Source: an uncultured virus (IMG/VR IMGVR_UViG_3300031555_005587) (lineage: Duplodnaviria > Heunggongvirae > Uroviricota > Caudoviricetes). Taken from it: a stretch of DNA of 62,572 nt. Numbering within the stretch: the first letter of the stretch is position 1; each line of letters begins with the position of its first letter. This document shows positions 1-10,432 of this stretch, one piece after another. The notes beneath the pieces are model-generated. The model did not search any database and was not told the DNA's origin. It saw nothing but the letters and a program-made list of their open reading frames with translations. The position numbers were made by a program, and so were the translations under genes. The stretch covers positions 62,001 to 124,572 of IMG/VR virus record IMGVR_UViG_3300031555_005587, one strand, 5' to 3'.

Positions 1-1
1 T

Positions 2-1777
2 AATCAAGTCAGCCTGGATACCCTGAATTGCAAGAGTCTTGAATCGGCTAGTAGCAGTAACAATGTTGTATGCACCGCCAGGAGCATTAGGACTCTGGTA
101 AGCAGTCTGAGACTGAGAAGTCAACAGATGAGAAGTATACTTCAAGTGACGGAAGCTAATGTGTTCAGCATCTGTAGGATAACCATAGATGTGAAGTACA
201 AGTTCACGACAATTCTGAGTTGCACCATAAGGATCTTTAGATTCTACAGGATCAACTGTATATGCATCATACAAGTTAGTAGCAACTACACGGATGTTAG
301 CACCCATATCAGTAGCGAAACCATATGCGTTGTTTACATCAATACCACCGATGCTTGCACCCTGCTGAACTTTCCAACCAACGAATTCAGAAATAAGCTG
401 AGTAGCCATTGGGTTACCAACGATAACAAAGGAAAGACCTTCGATCTTAGCCATTTCAGTCAAGTGATGGATGATACTCTTAAGCTTGAACTGGATAGCA
501 GTGCTGATGTATTTGAAAGGATCACCAGCGAAACCAGCAGGAGGATTCAAGTCAACCTTGTAAGAACGAGCCATGCTTTCAAGCTTGTATGTATCAGTTA
601 CAACACCCTCATACTTCTTAAATTCATCATTTAAGAACTGGATAACAGTCATACATTCGTTCATTTCCTGAACACGAACGATTTCATCTACCATACGGTT
701 GTAGTAGTTGATATCAAGCAATGCAGCAGCATCTTCAATCTCTTCGATAGAGAAAGGCATGTTATAACGAGCACCATCTTCGATAGTGAAACGAAGAATG
801 TCACGTTTCTCACGTACAGATACATGACGAAGGTTCTTTTCATTAGAAAGGTAACCAGAGAAGATTACACCTTCAACCTGACCAGTAGTAGAAGCCATAG
901 AGATAATACCCTTCATGAAGTCTACCTTGCCAGCAAGAACATCATCGATCTGAGTACCTTCATGTACGAAGTTCAAATCACCGTTTACAAGAGTACCACC
1001 AGTACTGAATTCAACAGTAATACCATTACCACGAAGAATAATAGTTTCACCACCAACTACGATACCGATGATCTTGAACTGGAAGCTGAGCTTATCAATT
1101 GCAGGATTACCATCTGTCAAGTTAGAGATAATGTCGAACTTGTTAAGACGACCATCTTCGAACATAACAGCTTCTTCACGAATAGGATGACCCTTAGCTG
1201 CAGCCCACATTTTCTGCCAAGTACCATCAAACATGCACTTAGGATATTCAAGCTCTTCACCAGTCTGGTTGTTAACAATGTAAGTGGTACGAATATGTTT
1301 GGTAATAGCAGGAGACTTAACAGTCTCAACTTCGATGATATCTTTAATGATAGAGCTGAAGAACTGCTTAACCAGCACAGGGAATTCTAAAGTAGCGATA
1401 GGTAGGAAACCAGTGATAGAAGCAGACTCAGTATAGCTGCGAACTTTGGTATCCCAGAATCTTTCAACATTTTCAATTACAGAAGCAACGTGAGGGTCAT
1501 TAGGGGACATCTCTCTATATGCTTCAAATACAGGAGTCAATAAATCAGTCTTATACTGCTCCATGAATGCACGGTCACTTAACATTGCACGAGAGTCACG
1601 CTTAATGTCAATACCGATCTGATTTTTGTAACTTTCATAAAGTTCCTCAAAGTGTTCATTGAAGGATTTAGTTCCTTCCTTTTGGAATGCACCGAAAGAG
1701 CTCTTATGCTCTTCATATGCACTGTTTTTGCGTTCATTAGCTGATTCATAAAACCAGCCTACACCATTCTTAGCCAT
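2..1777 (-). CDS. Major capsid protein (partial, runs off the left edge; absent from ORF track)
   Basis: ATG at 1777 after AAAGGAGA RBS. Frame reads MAKNGVGWFYESANERK...YTESASITGFLPIATLEFPVLVKQ...SRFKTLAIQGIQADLI (592 codons, open to the edge). Propeptide ends in an x-x-E-S-like site, codon bias is that of a highly expressed gene, and it lies among head genes. Confidence 0.8.
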   Translation of the reverse strand, partial: MAKNGVGWFYESANERKNSAYEEHKSSFGAFQKEGTKSFNEHFEELYESYKNQIGIDIKRDSRAMLSDRAFMEQYKTDLLTPVFEAYREMSPNDPHVASVIENVERFWDTKVRSYTESASITGFLPIATLEFPVLVKQFFSSIIKDIIEVETVKSPAITKHIRTTYIVNNQTGEELEYPKCMFDGTWQKMWAAAKGHPIREEAVMFEDGRLNKFDIISNLTDGNPAIDKLSFQFKIIGIVVGGETIILRGNGITVEFSTGGTLVNGDLNFVHEGTQIDDVLAGKVDFMKGIISMASTTGQVEGVIFSGYLSNEKNLRHVSVREKRDILRFTIEDGARYNMPFSIEEIEDAAALLDINYYNRMVDEIVRVQEMNECMTVIQFLNDEFKKYEGVVTDTYKLESMARSYKVDLNPPAGFAGDPFKYISTAIQFKLKSIIHHLTEMAKIEGLSFVIVGNPMATQLISEFVGWKVQQGASIGGIDVNNAYGFATDMGANIRVVATNLYDAYTVDPVESKDPYGATQNCRELVLHIYGYPTDAEHISFRHLKYTSHLLTSQSQTAYQSPNAPGGAYNIVTATSRFKTLAIQGIQADLI

Positions 1778-1783
1778 GGATCA

Positions 1784-1802
1784 TATCTCCTTTACTTTTA
1801 AA
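1784..1802 (-). promoter_or_regulatory. Conserved leader/RBS TTTAAAAGTAAAGGAGATA of abundant head genes
   Basis: Identical 19-mer at 57084-57102 and a near copy at 49717-49730, each directly upstream of a head-protein start. Confidence 0.7.
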
Positions 1803-1826
1803 TTTTTATTAGCTTTTGCCTCAAGA

Positions 1827-1839
1827 TTACATAGTTGTT
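1827..1839 (-). promoter_or_regulatory. Putative late promoter AACA-N6-TAA upstream of the capsid gene
   Basis: AACAACTATGTAA. Same pattern at 49754-49766, 57879-57891 and 61238-61250 (AACG). Resembles the AR9 late consensus AACA-N6-TA. Confidence 0.55.
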
Positions 1840-2428
1840 ACTTAATATCCTTAATCCCTTTGCTAATTCCTTTATCAAAAGAATCATTTAGTAATTTGAG
1901 TAAATTCAAGCATTTGTTAAAGAATAGTAAGTTCTTAGAATAGTTCTCATTTACGAAATAATTCTTCAGATATAGATGAATGTTTTCATCTAGCTTGGAT
2001 AAAGATTTTGTAATGTTTAAAGTGTCTGGTGATAACGTATATAGAATATCCATATTACTTCTGATAGAAGCCTGCTGACTTCTTATGTTACTCAATAATG
2101 AAAGATATTTCTGATATAAATTCATGTTCATTATAGCAGATACTTTATCATCAAGTCCTAAGTTTTTAACATTACTATCAGAACTTTCACCCTCTTCTCC
2201 ACCGTCAGTAAATGAACCGTCACTAGAGAAGTCATCGTCTCCCATCATATCAGGAGGAGCATCATCGTCGGTTGTTTCTGGATCGTCCGGAATATCCGGT
2301 GGGTCCTCTAATGTTGCATCTTCTGGTATATCTGGAGGATTTGAGATATCAGCTGGAGCTGTATCAGGAGGGTCGTCACCAGGAGCTTCAAACAAAAATT
2401 GTTCAAATATGTTTGGATACTTATCCAT
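1838..2428 (-). CDS. Acidic head/scaffold-associated protein
   Basis: FLFEA putative processing site, D/P-rich linker, helical C-terminus, immediately upstream of the capsid gene. Confidence 0.6.
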   Translation of the reverse strand: MDKYPNIFEQFLFEAPGDDPPDTAPADISNPPDIPEDATLEDPPDIPDDPETTDDDAPPDMMGDDDFSSDGSFTDGGEEGESSDSNVKNLGLDDKVSAIMNMNLYQKYLSLLSNIRSQQASIRSNMDILYTLSPDTLNITKSLSKLDENIHLYLKNYFVNENYSKNLLFFNKCLNLLKLLNDSFDKGISKGIKDIK

Positions 2429-2464
2429 TTATCTTGTAATACCTCCTTTCCACCATTAAGAAGC

Positions 2465-5400
2465 TTAGATTATTTTGGACCAACCTTTTCCTCCGCCAAC
2501 CCTTAAAAGCTTCTTATTTAATTCGTTCTTAAATCTCATAAGCTGATATTTAGCTTTATTATCACCATTACGATCAGCATCTTGGATTTTAGTTTCACAG
2601 ATCTCAATCTCTGTCTTTAATTCCCCAATCATTTCGTTACGGATACGGAATTCTTTCTTGTTTTTACCAATTCCTCTTGTAACTGTTAAGAATAGGAATA
2701 TAGGATTTAATAATAGTCCTGCCTTTAATAAAGAACCTGCTGCAATTGCTTTTTTAATTGCACTGAATAAATTGGAACGAGCATGTGGATCTGCCATTCG
2801 TTCTTTAATATTCGTTTCATCAGCATCCTTCCAATTGCTAATCATATTGGAAATCCAATCTTTAGTTCTATTAACAGGTTTCATAGCAGCTCTAGCAACA
2901 CTCTTAACATTTTGCATAGTTTGTTTAGATTTCTGCTGATGTTTCATGAGTTCTTTATCAATATCCTGAATTGTATCTCTAATAGGATGATCAGATTCTG
3001 GACGATTATCGTCAGCATCACCTACTGCCTCTGTGAATACTTTTGATTGGAAATCTAAATCCATTTTCCAAGGTTCATAAGATTCTTTCTTAACCACATC
3101 TTTCTTAGTATCAACACTAATAACATCAGGAATCCATTTATCTGAAGATCTATATTTTGATAAATATTTTATAGCTTCTTCATCAGAAACATGGAAGCCT
3201 TTCATCTCAAGATCACCAATAATATCTGGAATATTATTAAGTTCCATATCAGTTGAACGATTAGCTTCATCAGAATCAATAATCTCGTTATTAATATTTA
3301 CAATAGAATGATCCCCTTTATCATCCCAATATGTAGACATGAATGTTGGCCATTTTTCAATATCTCCTACTTTATATGTGGAAATATGGAATTTAGTCCT
3401 ACCAGATTCAAGCAGATCATGAACACTTTTTAGATCTTTATCATTTAAACATAAAGATTTACCACTGATCATATGACGAGCAGCAAATATACCAACAATT
3501 CGAATTTCATCGGTAATCTCTTTTTTTTCATAAAGATCATAAATACCAATTATTTTACAATCTTTGGCTTGGAAATCAAGATAACCAATGTCACCAATAT
3601 AATCATTCAAGAACTTAGTTAACATTTCTTTACGTTTTCTCACATGATGTTTATAATTTATAATTCCTTTTAACATCACCATGAAAGATCTAATATGTTT
3701 AGTTGCTTTTAATCCTCTATGATTTTCTTTATTTACCTCTTCAGCAACAGAAGCAACATGATCTCTCATTGCTTTTGATAATCCTACATTTGTAACTTCA
3801 CAATCCTGAAGTGAATATGTGATTTTGATCATATGTCCGTTATCGTAATTAAATGCAGCTTTATAAGCTTTATCGAATTTCTTATTACGAACATCAACTG
3901 CTTCTGAGATATAATTTTCAGTGATAGATTCTTTGAATTCTTTCTGTATATATTTTTCAATGCTATCCAAAAGTTTTTTAGGGAATCTTTTAGCAATAAA
4001 AGATAAAGGTTTCCATCCGAAAGTATCTTCAAAGTCCTCTTCTTCGATGTGACCAGTAAATTTACCGTCTTCTTCACCGATAAAAATAGCTGAATAGTAA
4101 CCATACCACCAGTCATCAGAATTTTTTACATGCTGTTTTACCCACGGAGATACTGCAAATTTATTAGCGTTAAACTGAATTTGAGTTCCTAAACGTTTTA
4201 CATTCTTTACTTTGCTCTGGGCTTCTTCATGTAATTCTCTAATAGCAGCTTCTTTAGGACTTTCACCTTTATCCCATCCACCACCTGGGAATTCCCATTG
4301 ACCATTTGGTTTGTGTTTAATCAGAGTATTCCATTCATCATTAATCTTTTTCAGAACAATGATAACAGATCTACCTCTCATAGGTTTGGAATAACCTTTT
4401 ACTTGAATACAGCAGTTATCTACACCATTATCTGATTTAATAAACCATTTTTTCATGATATGATTATCATACATATTTTCATCAAGATAATATGAAGATG
4501 ATTCTACAAACTGAAAATCCACTTCTTCAAGTGAATGAAAATCATTAGAATCAACCGATGAAGATGTATTATTATCTGAATTTACTCGTTTACCTGTAGA
4601 GTGATCATCATGAGAACTATGATGTTTATTGAACGAATTTGTATTTTTGTTCAAGGAGTTATTGTAATTATAGTAGTAATAATTATTTACTCCAGATGGA
4701 GTTCTCAGTTCATCTTTCTCAGTTTCATTGTTCATTTCAGACGAAATATTATCTGGTTTGGATACAGGTGTATTATCATGATTAATAGATGAAGCTGGTC
4801 TTTTATATGAATCGATATCAGAATTATCAATATGAGGTTTATCATCTTCACCATAATTAGCCATATCATGATTTCTGGAAATATAATTTGCTGGATTACC
4901 AGTTTTTTTATCTCTAGTATTCACAATCCAAGGAGTAGCTTCAGTAACAGGAGCATGGTTTCCTGGTAGCATCGGAATAACACTATCTGCAACATCCTCT
5001 GTTATTTTAATACCATTTGGAAGTGATTCATAAATGTGTCTTTTATTGTAAATACGATTTACAATTGTAAGAATATTTAAATCCTGATCTGCCAAATTAT
5101 AAAGATCAATAATGACTTTTTCAATCCAATCCATAGCTCTGTTAATGTTTCGGATATTATTATTAATGATTTCATACTTTTCATTATCGATTTCTTTAGA
5201 ATATACTTTAGGACGTTTGATAACGGCTCTCATGTAATTTCCGCCAAAAGATAATTTATCTTTTACTTTAATGAAATCACGCAGCAATGAATCCAGATCA
5301 GATTTAAACTTCTTAACTTTTTTCACAGTCATGGTGATTTTATTCAAATCAATCTGTGATGCTTTCATCTTACAAGATGTATCAGATTTAAACTTCTTAA

Positions 5401-5572
5401 TTTCATTATTCAAGTTATTTTTCTCTGATGTAGGATGTTTAATAAGTTTATTTGTTTCATTACTAACAAGATTAAGGAATTCTTCAGTTATTCCAAGAAT
5501 AGGTTCATATGAATCATAAAGTATTCCCATATCTTCATTTGATTCCATAAATATACTAAAATATTCATTCAT
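2465..5572 (-). CDS. Multidomain head protein with Nudix hydrolase domain; N-terminus is cassette domain B
   Basis: Start better placed at ATG 5572 (RBS AAGGTAGGTGA). Nudix box WEFPGGGWDKGESPKEAAIRELHEEA. First ~183 aa paralogous to the N-terminus of 17831..18994. Many x-x-E-S/A motifs. Confidence 0.8.
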   Translation of the reverse strand: MNEYFSIFMESNEDMGILYDSYEPILGITEEFLNLVSNETNKLIKHPTSEKNNLNNEIKKFKSDTSCKMKASQIDLNKITMTVKKVKKFKSDLDSLLRDFIKVKDKLSFGGNYMRAVIKRPKVYSKEIDNEKYEIINNNIRNINRAMDWIEKVIIDLYNLADQDLNILTIVNRIYNKRHIYESLPNGIKITEDVADSVIPMLPGNHAPVTEATPWIVNTRDKKTGNPANYISRNHDMANYGEDDKPHIDNSDIDSYKRPASSINHDNTPVSKPDNISSEMNNETEKDELRTPSGVNNYYYYNYNNSLNKNTNSFNKHHSSHDDHSTGKRVNSDNNTSSSVDSNDFHSLEEVDFQFVESSSYYLDENMYDNHIMKKWFIKSDNGVDNCCIQVKGYSKPMRGRSVIIVLKKINDEWNTLIKHKPNGQWEFPGGGWDKGESPKEAAIRELHEEAQSKVKNVKRLGTQIQFNANKFAVSPWVKQHVKNSDDWWYGYYSAIFIGEEDGKFTGHIEEEDFEDTFGWKPLSFIAKRFPKKLLDSIEKYIQKEFKESITENYISEAVDVRNKKFDKAYKAAFNYDNGHMIKITYSLQDCEVTNVGLSKAMRDHVASVAEEVNKENHRGLKATKHIRSFMVMLKGIINYKHHVRKRKEMLTKFLNDYIGDIGYLDFQAKDCKIIGIYDLYEKKEITDEIRIVGIFAARHMISGKSLCLNDKDLKSVHDLLESGRTKFHISTYKVGDIEKWPTFMSTYWDDKGDHSIVNINNEIIDSDEANRSTDMELNNIPDIIGDLEMKGFHVSDEEAIKYLSKYRSSDKWIPDVISVDTKKDVVKKESYEPWKMDLDFQSKVFTEAVGDADDNRPESDHPIRDTIQDIDKELMKHQQKSKQTMQNVKSVARAAMKPVNRTKDWISNMISNWKDADETNIKERMADPHARSNLFSAIKKAIAAGSLLKAGLLLNPIFLFLTVTRGIGKNKKEFRIRNEMIGELKTEIEICETKIQDADRNGDNKAKYQLMRFKNELNKKLLRVGGGKGWSKII

Positions 5573-6329
5573 GCATATCTCACCTACCTTTTCATTATAA
5601 TTTATTGATGATCCAATCCAAAATTTTATCAAATGTTTTTAGATCATCCATTCTTTCTTTTAATAATAATTTTGGTAAATCATTATTATATTCAAGAATT
5701 TCTTCTTTATGTTCTTCGAAAATTTCATGAACACGTTTTTTGAATTCATCATATTTCTTATTGAATTCTAGACGATCTTTTACATTCATTACATAGAATG
5801 ATCTTGGTAAAATCGTGATGTCTTCAGGACGAATTCTACTATAATCTCGATGTAAGTTTTTAGGATTAGAGCATTGAAGAATGTATGATACAAATGTAGA
5901 GCAAACATATCGTTTGTTATTCTTTATAGGTTTACCAACATATGCTTTCAAAAGATTTGAATATGCATATAGAGTGTCATTTGAGTTTGCTAACTTTTTG
6001 GCAAATTTCAGCATTCGTTCTTTATCTTCTTTAGGAACAAACATTACACAAATATAGATTGAATCAGTACTTAACCATGAAGGATTTTCCATGATATTGT
6101 CGGTTACACATCCTTCATCATCAAAAGAATACATATCAGTCATATCATCATTGAATGATACAACTGCATGAGAATAATTATCTCCTCTAGTTAAGAATTT
6201 GATTTGATGTTTGAATTTAATTGAATTCAATTCTTCTTGTGTTTTTAATGTACCATCTGATCTTAGTTTATCTTCTGAGTAAGATTTCACTAATCCATAG
6301 ATAGGAACTAAATCATCTTCAGAAATCTT
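5008..6329 (-). mobile_element. Gene-splitting cassette copy 1 (papain-like domain / stop-RBS-start / helical domain)
   Basis: Homologous end to end with 17046..18427. Bounded by the degenerate repeat KISED / KITED; boundaries approximate. Confidence 0.5.
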
Positions 6330-7205
6330 TTTCTTTTCACCTACTCGATCATCTTCTTCAAAGATAACCCCATCCAATTCTTCATATAAAGAATAAATGT
6401 CAGAAGAAACAGATTCATGAATTTCGTCAGACCATGTCATGCAATATTCTTTGAAGTTAATCAATGCTTTAATAGAATCAATTTCTTCATCAGAATATTC
6501 ATATACTGCATCATTGTTACCCATGACTACTGACTCGCGGTAAACTTGTGTATTTCGATCTCTCATATTTTCAACAACTGCGGAATGAGTACGTTCATAC
6601 AATGATTGCAGATTAATTCCAGTATTCGTAGAAGCATATACAGTCCATTCACAGATCATAGGATCTACCAATACTTCCTCAAAATACTTTTTGATTATAT
6701 TTCCAGCTCCAAGCTGGTCAGTCGTGATTAACAAATCCGGAATTGCACATTCATTAAACTTTTTATACATTCCAGACAATAATTCACGATTTTGTTTACC
6801 ACTTGAATGTCGACCATAATATGTTTTAATGTAGTCAGAAGGAACAGAATCTGCATAGTATTCGTACATTGCAAAACATTTAATATATTTATTACGATAA
6901 GATTCCAACCATGTTTTACACTCTTCATATTTAGAGACATTGATTTCATTAACAGTGCCTTTATGAATACATTCATCAACAATGTTCATGACATTTTCAA
7001 ATGCAGCAATTGGTAATCCATATTTATCAACAAACTCTTTGAATGTAGATAGTCCTATATCTGATTTGATTATATATTCTAAATTCGAAATATAATCAGA
7101 AGGGCTATTTTCGAAAAGTTCATTGACGGATTCTTTATATGCAGAAATGTCGATTTCTTTTCTGCTATTTTTAGCATTTAAGTAAAGATTTTTTATATCT
7201 TTCAT
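5595..7205 (-). CDS. Head protein with C-terminal permuted papain-like (YiiX/YebB-type NlpC/P60) domain
   Basis: His-before-Cys motifs GDNYSHAVVSF ... KRYVCSTFVSYIL. C-terminal ~240 aa paralogous to the C-terminus of 15815..17809. Confidence 0.7.
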   Translation of the reverse strand: MKDIKNLYLNAKNSRKEIDISAYKESVNELFENSPSDYISNLEYIIKSDIGLSTFKEFVDKYGLPIAAFENVMNIVDECIHKGTVNEINVSKYEECKTWLESYRNKYIKCFAMYEYYADSVPSDYIKTYYGRHSSGKQNRELLSGMYKKFNECAIPDLLITTDQLGAGNIIKKYFEEVLVDPMICEWTVYASTNTGINLQSLYERTHSAVVENMRDRNTQVYRESVVMGNNDAVYEYSDEEIDSIKALINFKEYCMTWSDEIHESVSSDIYSLYEELDGVIFEEDDRVGEKKKISEDDLVPIYGLVKSYSEDKLRSDGTLKTQEELNSIKFKHQIKFLTRGDNYSHAVVSFNDDMTDMYSFDDEGCVTDNIMENPSWLSTDSIYICVMFVPKEDKERMLKFAKKLANSNDTLYAYSNLLKAYVGKPIKNNKRYVCSTFVSYILQCSNPKNLHRDYSRIRPEDITILPRSFYVMNVKDRLEFNKKYDEFKKRVHEIFEEHKEEILEYNNDLPKLLLKERMDDLKTFDKILDWIINKL

Positions 7206-7279
7206 CTCGTCAAAACCTCTTTTCTTAATTAGAATTTGATTTAAAGTTAATACATGGTGGAAAGGAGATCATTAGTAAT

Positions 7280-8711
7280 ATGGCTAAGATTAAGAACACA
7301 AAACAAAAATCACTGACAAAAACGGAGAATATCAAAATTGATAAAATTAGTGTATTCTTCAGACGATCGATACTAAAATCAATCGTAAAAATTTTAACAA
7401 TGGAACATGGGGGGTTCCGAACGTTTAAGAGCGTTAAAAATATCAATCGATTGTTTACGAATATCGATATGACTAAATATAAATCAAATGCAGAATTGGA
7501 ATCATATATTTGGTGTATTAATTATATTTCAAAACAGTGGCTGTCTGGAGTAGTATCACCAGACATTATTGTTGAAATGGCAAAGAAACAACCGGAGTTC
7601 AATAATATCATTGAAGGAATTCTGAATGATTGCATTAATGATCAAAATATTGTAACACCTCCAGAAGCAAAAGCAATTTTTGATTTAATTTCAGAAGCAC
7701 TCCAGTATGGATATATTGCATCAATGAAAGATGAGTATATTAATTTATTAGATGATATTAGTATGGATGATCCAGGAGCTTTCAAAATATTAGTTGAACG
7801 ATTATTCTTAGTTTCTCAATCATTATTAGATATCAAACATAATACGAATATGGTTGCTAATAAAGTTGAGTTTAACACAGCAGATATCGATTCAGTAAAA
7901 GAAGCAATTTCATCAACAATTGGATCTTTACGAACAACGAATAACATTTTTAAGACTGGAATTAAAAGACTTAATACATTATTATCTCCTGGATACTTGA
8001 ATGGTCGTCTATTTGTTTATCTCGGTCTTCCTGGAGCAGGTAAATCATTAATATTATTGAAATCAGCTTTAGATGCAAGAAAATATAATCCGGATTTCAG
8101 AGCAAGAACTCCAGGTATGAAACCAGCTGTATTATATATTACAATGGAAAACACATTTACAGAAACAATTGAACGAATTTGGAATATGACATTCGATGAT
8201 CCAATTATCCAATATTCAGAAGAAGAAGCATTAGAAAAGATTTGTAACGAATTAGGTATTGATCGAGTATTGAGAGACGATATTGCTGTATATTCAACAG
8301 ATGAATCAACAGGTGAAACTACAAAATCATTAGCAGATTTATTATCTCCAGCTCCAGAAGAAAATAAATCCAATATTGAAATTGTAATGCAATATTATCC
8401 ATATAGATCAATTAATACGGATGATTTGTTTACAATCATTCAGGACTTAAGAGATGAAAACCTGGAAGTATGTATGTTGGTATTTGACTACATAAAACGT
8501 ATCGAACCAGCTACACCAGCAGCAGATAATGTAAAACTGGAACTAAATAGAATTATTAATGAATTAAAAGCATTAGCAGTAATTCAAGACATTCCGGTTA
8601 TCACAGCACATCAGATGAATAGAGCAGCTGCCTCAACTGTAGATGCTGCTGCTAGACAAGGTAAAGGTGATACTAATAAATTAGTAGGTAGAGAAAATGT
8701 CGGTGATGCGT
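7280..8711 (+). CDS. dnaB: Replicative DnaB/gp41-like helicase, exon 1
   Basis: Walker A GLPGAGKS, YITMEN, VFDYIK, PVITAHQMNR. The frame stops at the intron boundary just before the final helicase motif. Confidence 0.9.
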
Positions 8712-10056
8712 AAAATTATAAAAATTCCTGCGTATCTAAAATCCATTTAATTGCGGGGACGGGAGATTGACCAACTCCATCTGGAAACCGATTCTGGATG
8801 TCTAATATCTTACATACTAAACTATGGTAGTGATATCATAGTGGCTCTAATTAATCACTAGAGGTATAGTAACAAGTGTAAGATTATATGATCAATCCGC
8901 AGCTAAGCAAGTAGTAAAATAATAAAATAATCTTAGATAAGTATCTGGTATAAATATGAAAGGAGGTTTAAATCTCTAATCATGACATCAATGGAAAGTA
9001 TAGCAAATAATTTTCGTAATGAGAAATCATTAGAGTTATTTGATAAAAATGAATATGAGTTACAATTGGCTGAGATACAATTGCTGAATGAATATATTAA
9101 AGACTTAAAAGAACCAACATGGTTACCAGTGATTTACAACAAACAACCAACATTCTATGCAGTAAGTAATACAGGTGAAATTAGGAATATAATAACAGGT
9201 TTGATACTAAAGCAAAAGACTAATCAAAATGGATATAAAATGCTTAATTTAGGAATCAATGGTAAAAAGATAACAACTACTGTTCATAAGTTAGTAGCTG
9301 AAGCATTCCTGATTAAACCTGAAGAAAAGTTAGTTGTAAATCATAAGAATGGTAAAAAGAATATTAACTGGTATAAGAATTTGGAATGGATTACGTACAA
9401 AGAGAATACTCAACATGCTATTGCAAATAATTTAGCAGGAAGAAATGGTACTACTAATCCAAATAATAAATTTGATGAAAATATGATTCATCAAATATGT
9501 AAACTATTGGAAAGTGGTGTAACTCCAACTCAAATAAATAGAGATATACCTGGAACCCTCAATACTGCTGAAGGTATTAAGAGAGGTCGTCTGTGGAGAA
9601 ATATTGCTAACCAATATAATATCCCAAAACCAGTTAGTACTATAAGATCACAAGAATTAAAAGACTATATTACTGAATTAATATTTGCCGGATATTCCAA
9701 TAGAGAAATCGTTCAAGCAGCTGGATTACCAGATACGGAAAAAGAACGTGAATATGTCGGTTTATTCAGAAGAAGATTATTCAAGCAACCAGATTAACCA
9801 TATCAGATTAATTTAAGATTATTTTATTACTACTTGAAAGTTCAGAGACTATCGACCAACTATGATATTGGAGAAATACCATATCAATAGTCAGTAGAGT
9901 AGCACCTAAACCCTATTTAGGTATATAAGAACGGAATGCTTATATAGTAATGCGAAATGGTGGACATTGTGAATTTGGTAAAAGAGTTCATAATGATGAT
10001 ATAGTCCATATCACTATAGTGTGACTACTCTTCGTAAATCATGTTATAGTGATGTA
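8712..10056 (+). ncRNA. Group I intron in the helicase gene, carrying an HNH ORF
   Basis: P1: exon GATGCGT pairs with IGS GCGTATC (8730-8736) with U-G at the splice site. Core elements AATTGCGGG, AATCCGCAGC, GTTCAGAGACTA, GATATAGTCC. Removal gives VGDAWEVIETADW. Confidence 0.92.
8982..9797 (+). CDS. Intron-encoded NUMOD4/HNH homing endonuclease
   Basis: YAVSNTGEIRN, NGYKML, VHKLVAEAF, VNHKNGKKNINWYKNLEWITYKENTQHA. Has its own RBS (AAGGAGG) and lies in a looped-out intron stem. Confidence 0.92.
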   Translation: MTSMESIANNFRNEKSLELFDKNEYELQLAEIQLLNEYIKDLKEPTWLPVIYNKQPTFYAVSNTGEIRNIITGLILKQKTNQNGYKMLNLGINGKKITTTVHKLVAEAFLIKPEEKLVVNHKNGKKNINWYKNLEWITYKENTQHAIANNLAGRNGTTNPNNKFDENMIHQICKLLESGVTPTQINRDIPGTLNTAEGIKRGRLWRNIANQYNIPKPVSTIRSQELKDYITELIFAGYSNREIVQAAGLPDTEKEREYVGLFRRRLFKQPD

Positions 10057-10385
10057 GGGAGGTTATTGAAACAGCAGATTGGGCAGCAGTACTAAACTCG
10101 GAGTACAAGCCTGGTACAGAAGATAAGTATATGACTATCAATGTTGTAAAGAGAAGACGTATCGATAGTGCAGACGCTGAATTTGCTAAATATACTTATC
10201 TTGCACATCCATTCTCTAAGACGAATGGTTTAAGACTTGTTGATGATATTAACCTAGGCAAGATATTATCACTGCAGAGTCTATCTAGCGATATTGATAT
10301 GCTTTCATTGAATAAAGAAAAAGCAAACGCAGTACCTAGATTAAAGATGATGGCTCAATCAGAATTTGATGACGAAGATTACTAA
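10057..10385 (+). CDS. dnaB: DnaB/gp41-like helicase, exon 2 (spliced product 586 aa)
   Basis: T|GG GAG GTT ATT GAA ACA GCA GAT TGG continues in the frame of the 10131..10385 ORF and aligns with the T4 gp41-type motif around TADF. Confidence 0.88.
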
Positions 10386-10398
10386 AAAAGAATAAAAA

Positions 10399-10425
10399 AA
10401 TTGGGAGCCGTAAAAGCTCCCAATT
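10399..10425. terminator. Bidirectional intrinsic terminator
   Basis: AATTGGGAGC/GCTCCCAATT hairpin with A and T tracts between convergent genes. Confidence 0.8.
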
Positions 10426-10432
10426 ATTTTTT

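Noticed and set aside
128..1390. Plus-strand ORFs 128..634 and 824..1390
   Set aside because: Antisense shadows of the codon-biased capsid gene; no RBS or recognisable motifs
4560..4700. N/Y/H/S-rich low-complexity tract (NNYYYYNYNNSLNK...HHSSHDDH)
   Set aside because: An in-frame linker of the head protein with no regular DNA repeat unit, so not an array
10131..10385. 84-aa ORF as an independent gene
   Set aside because: It is the distal part of helicase exon 2
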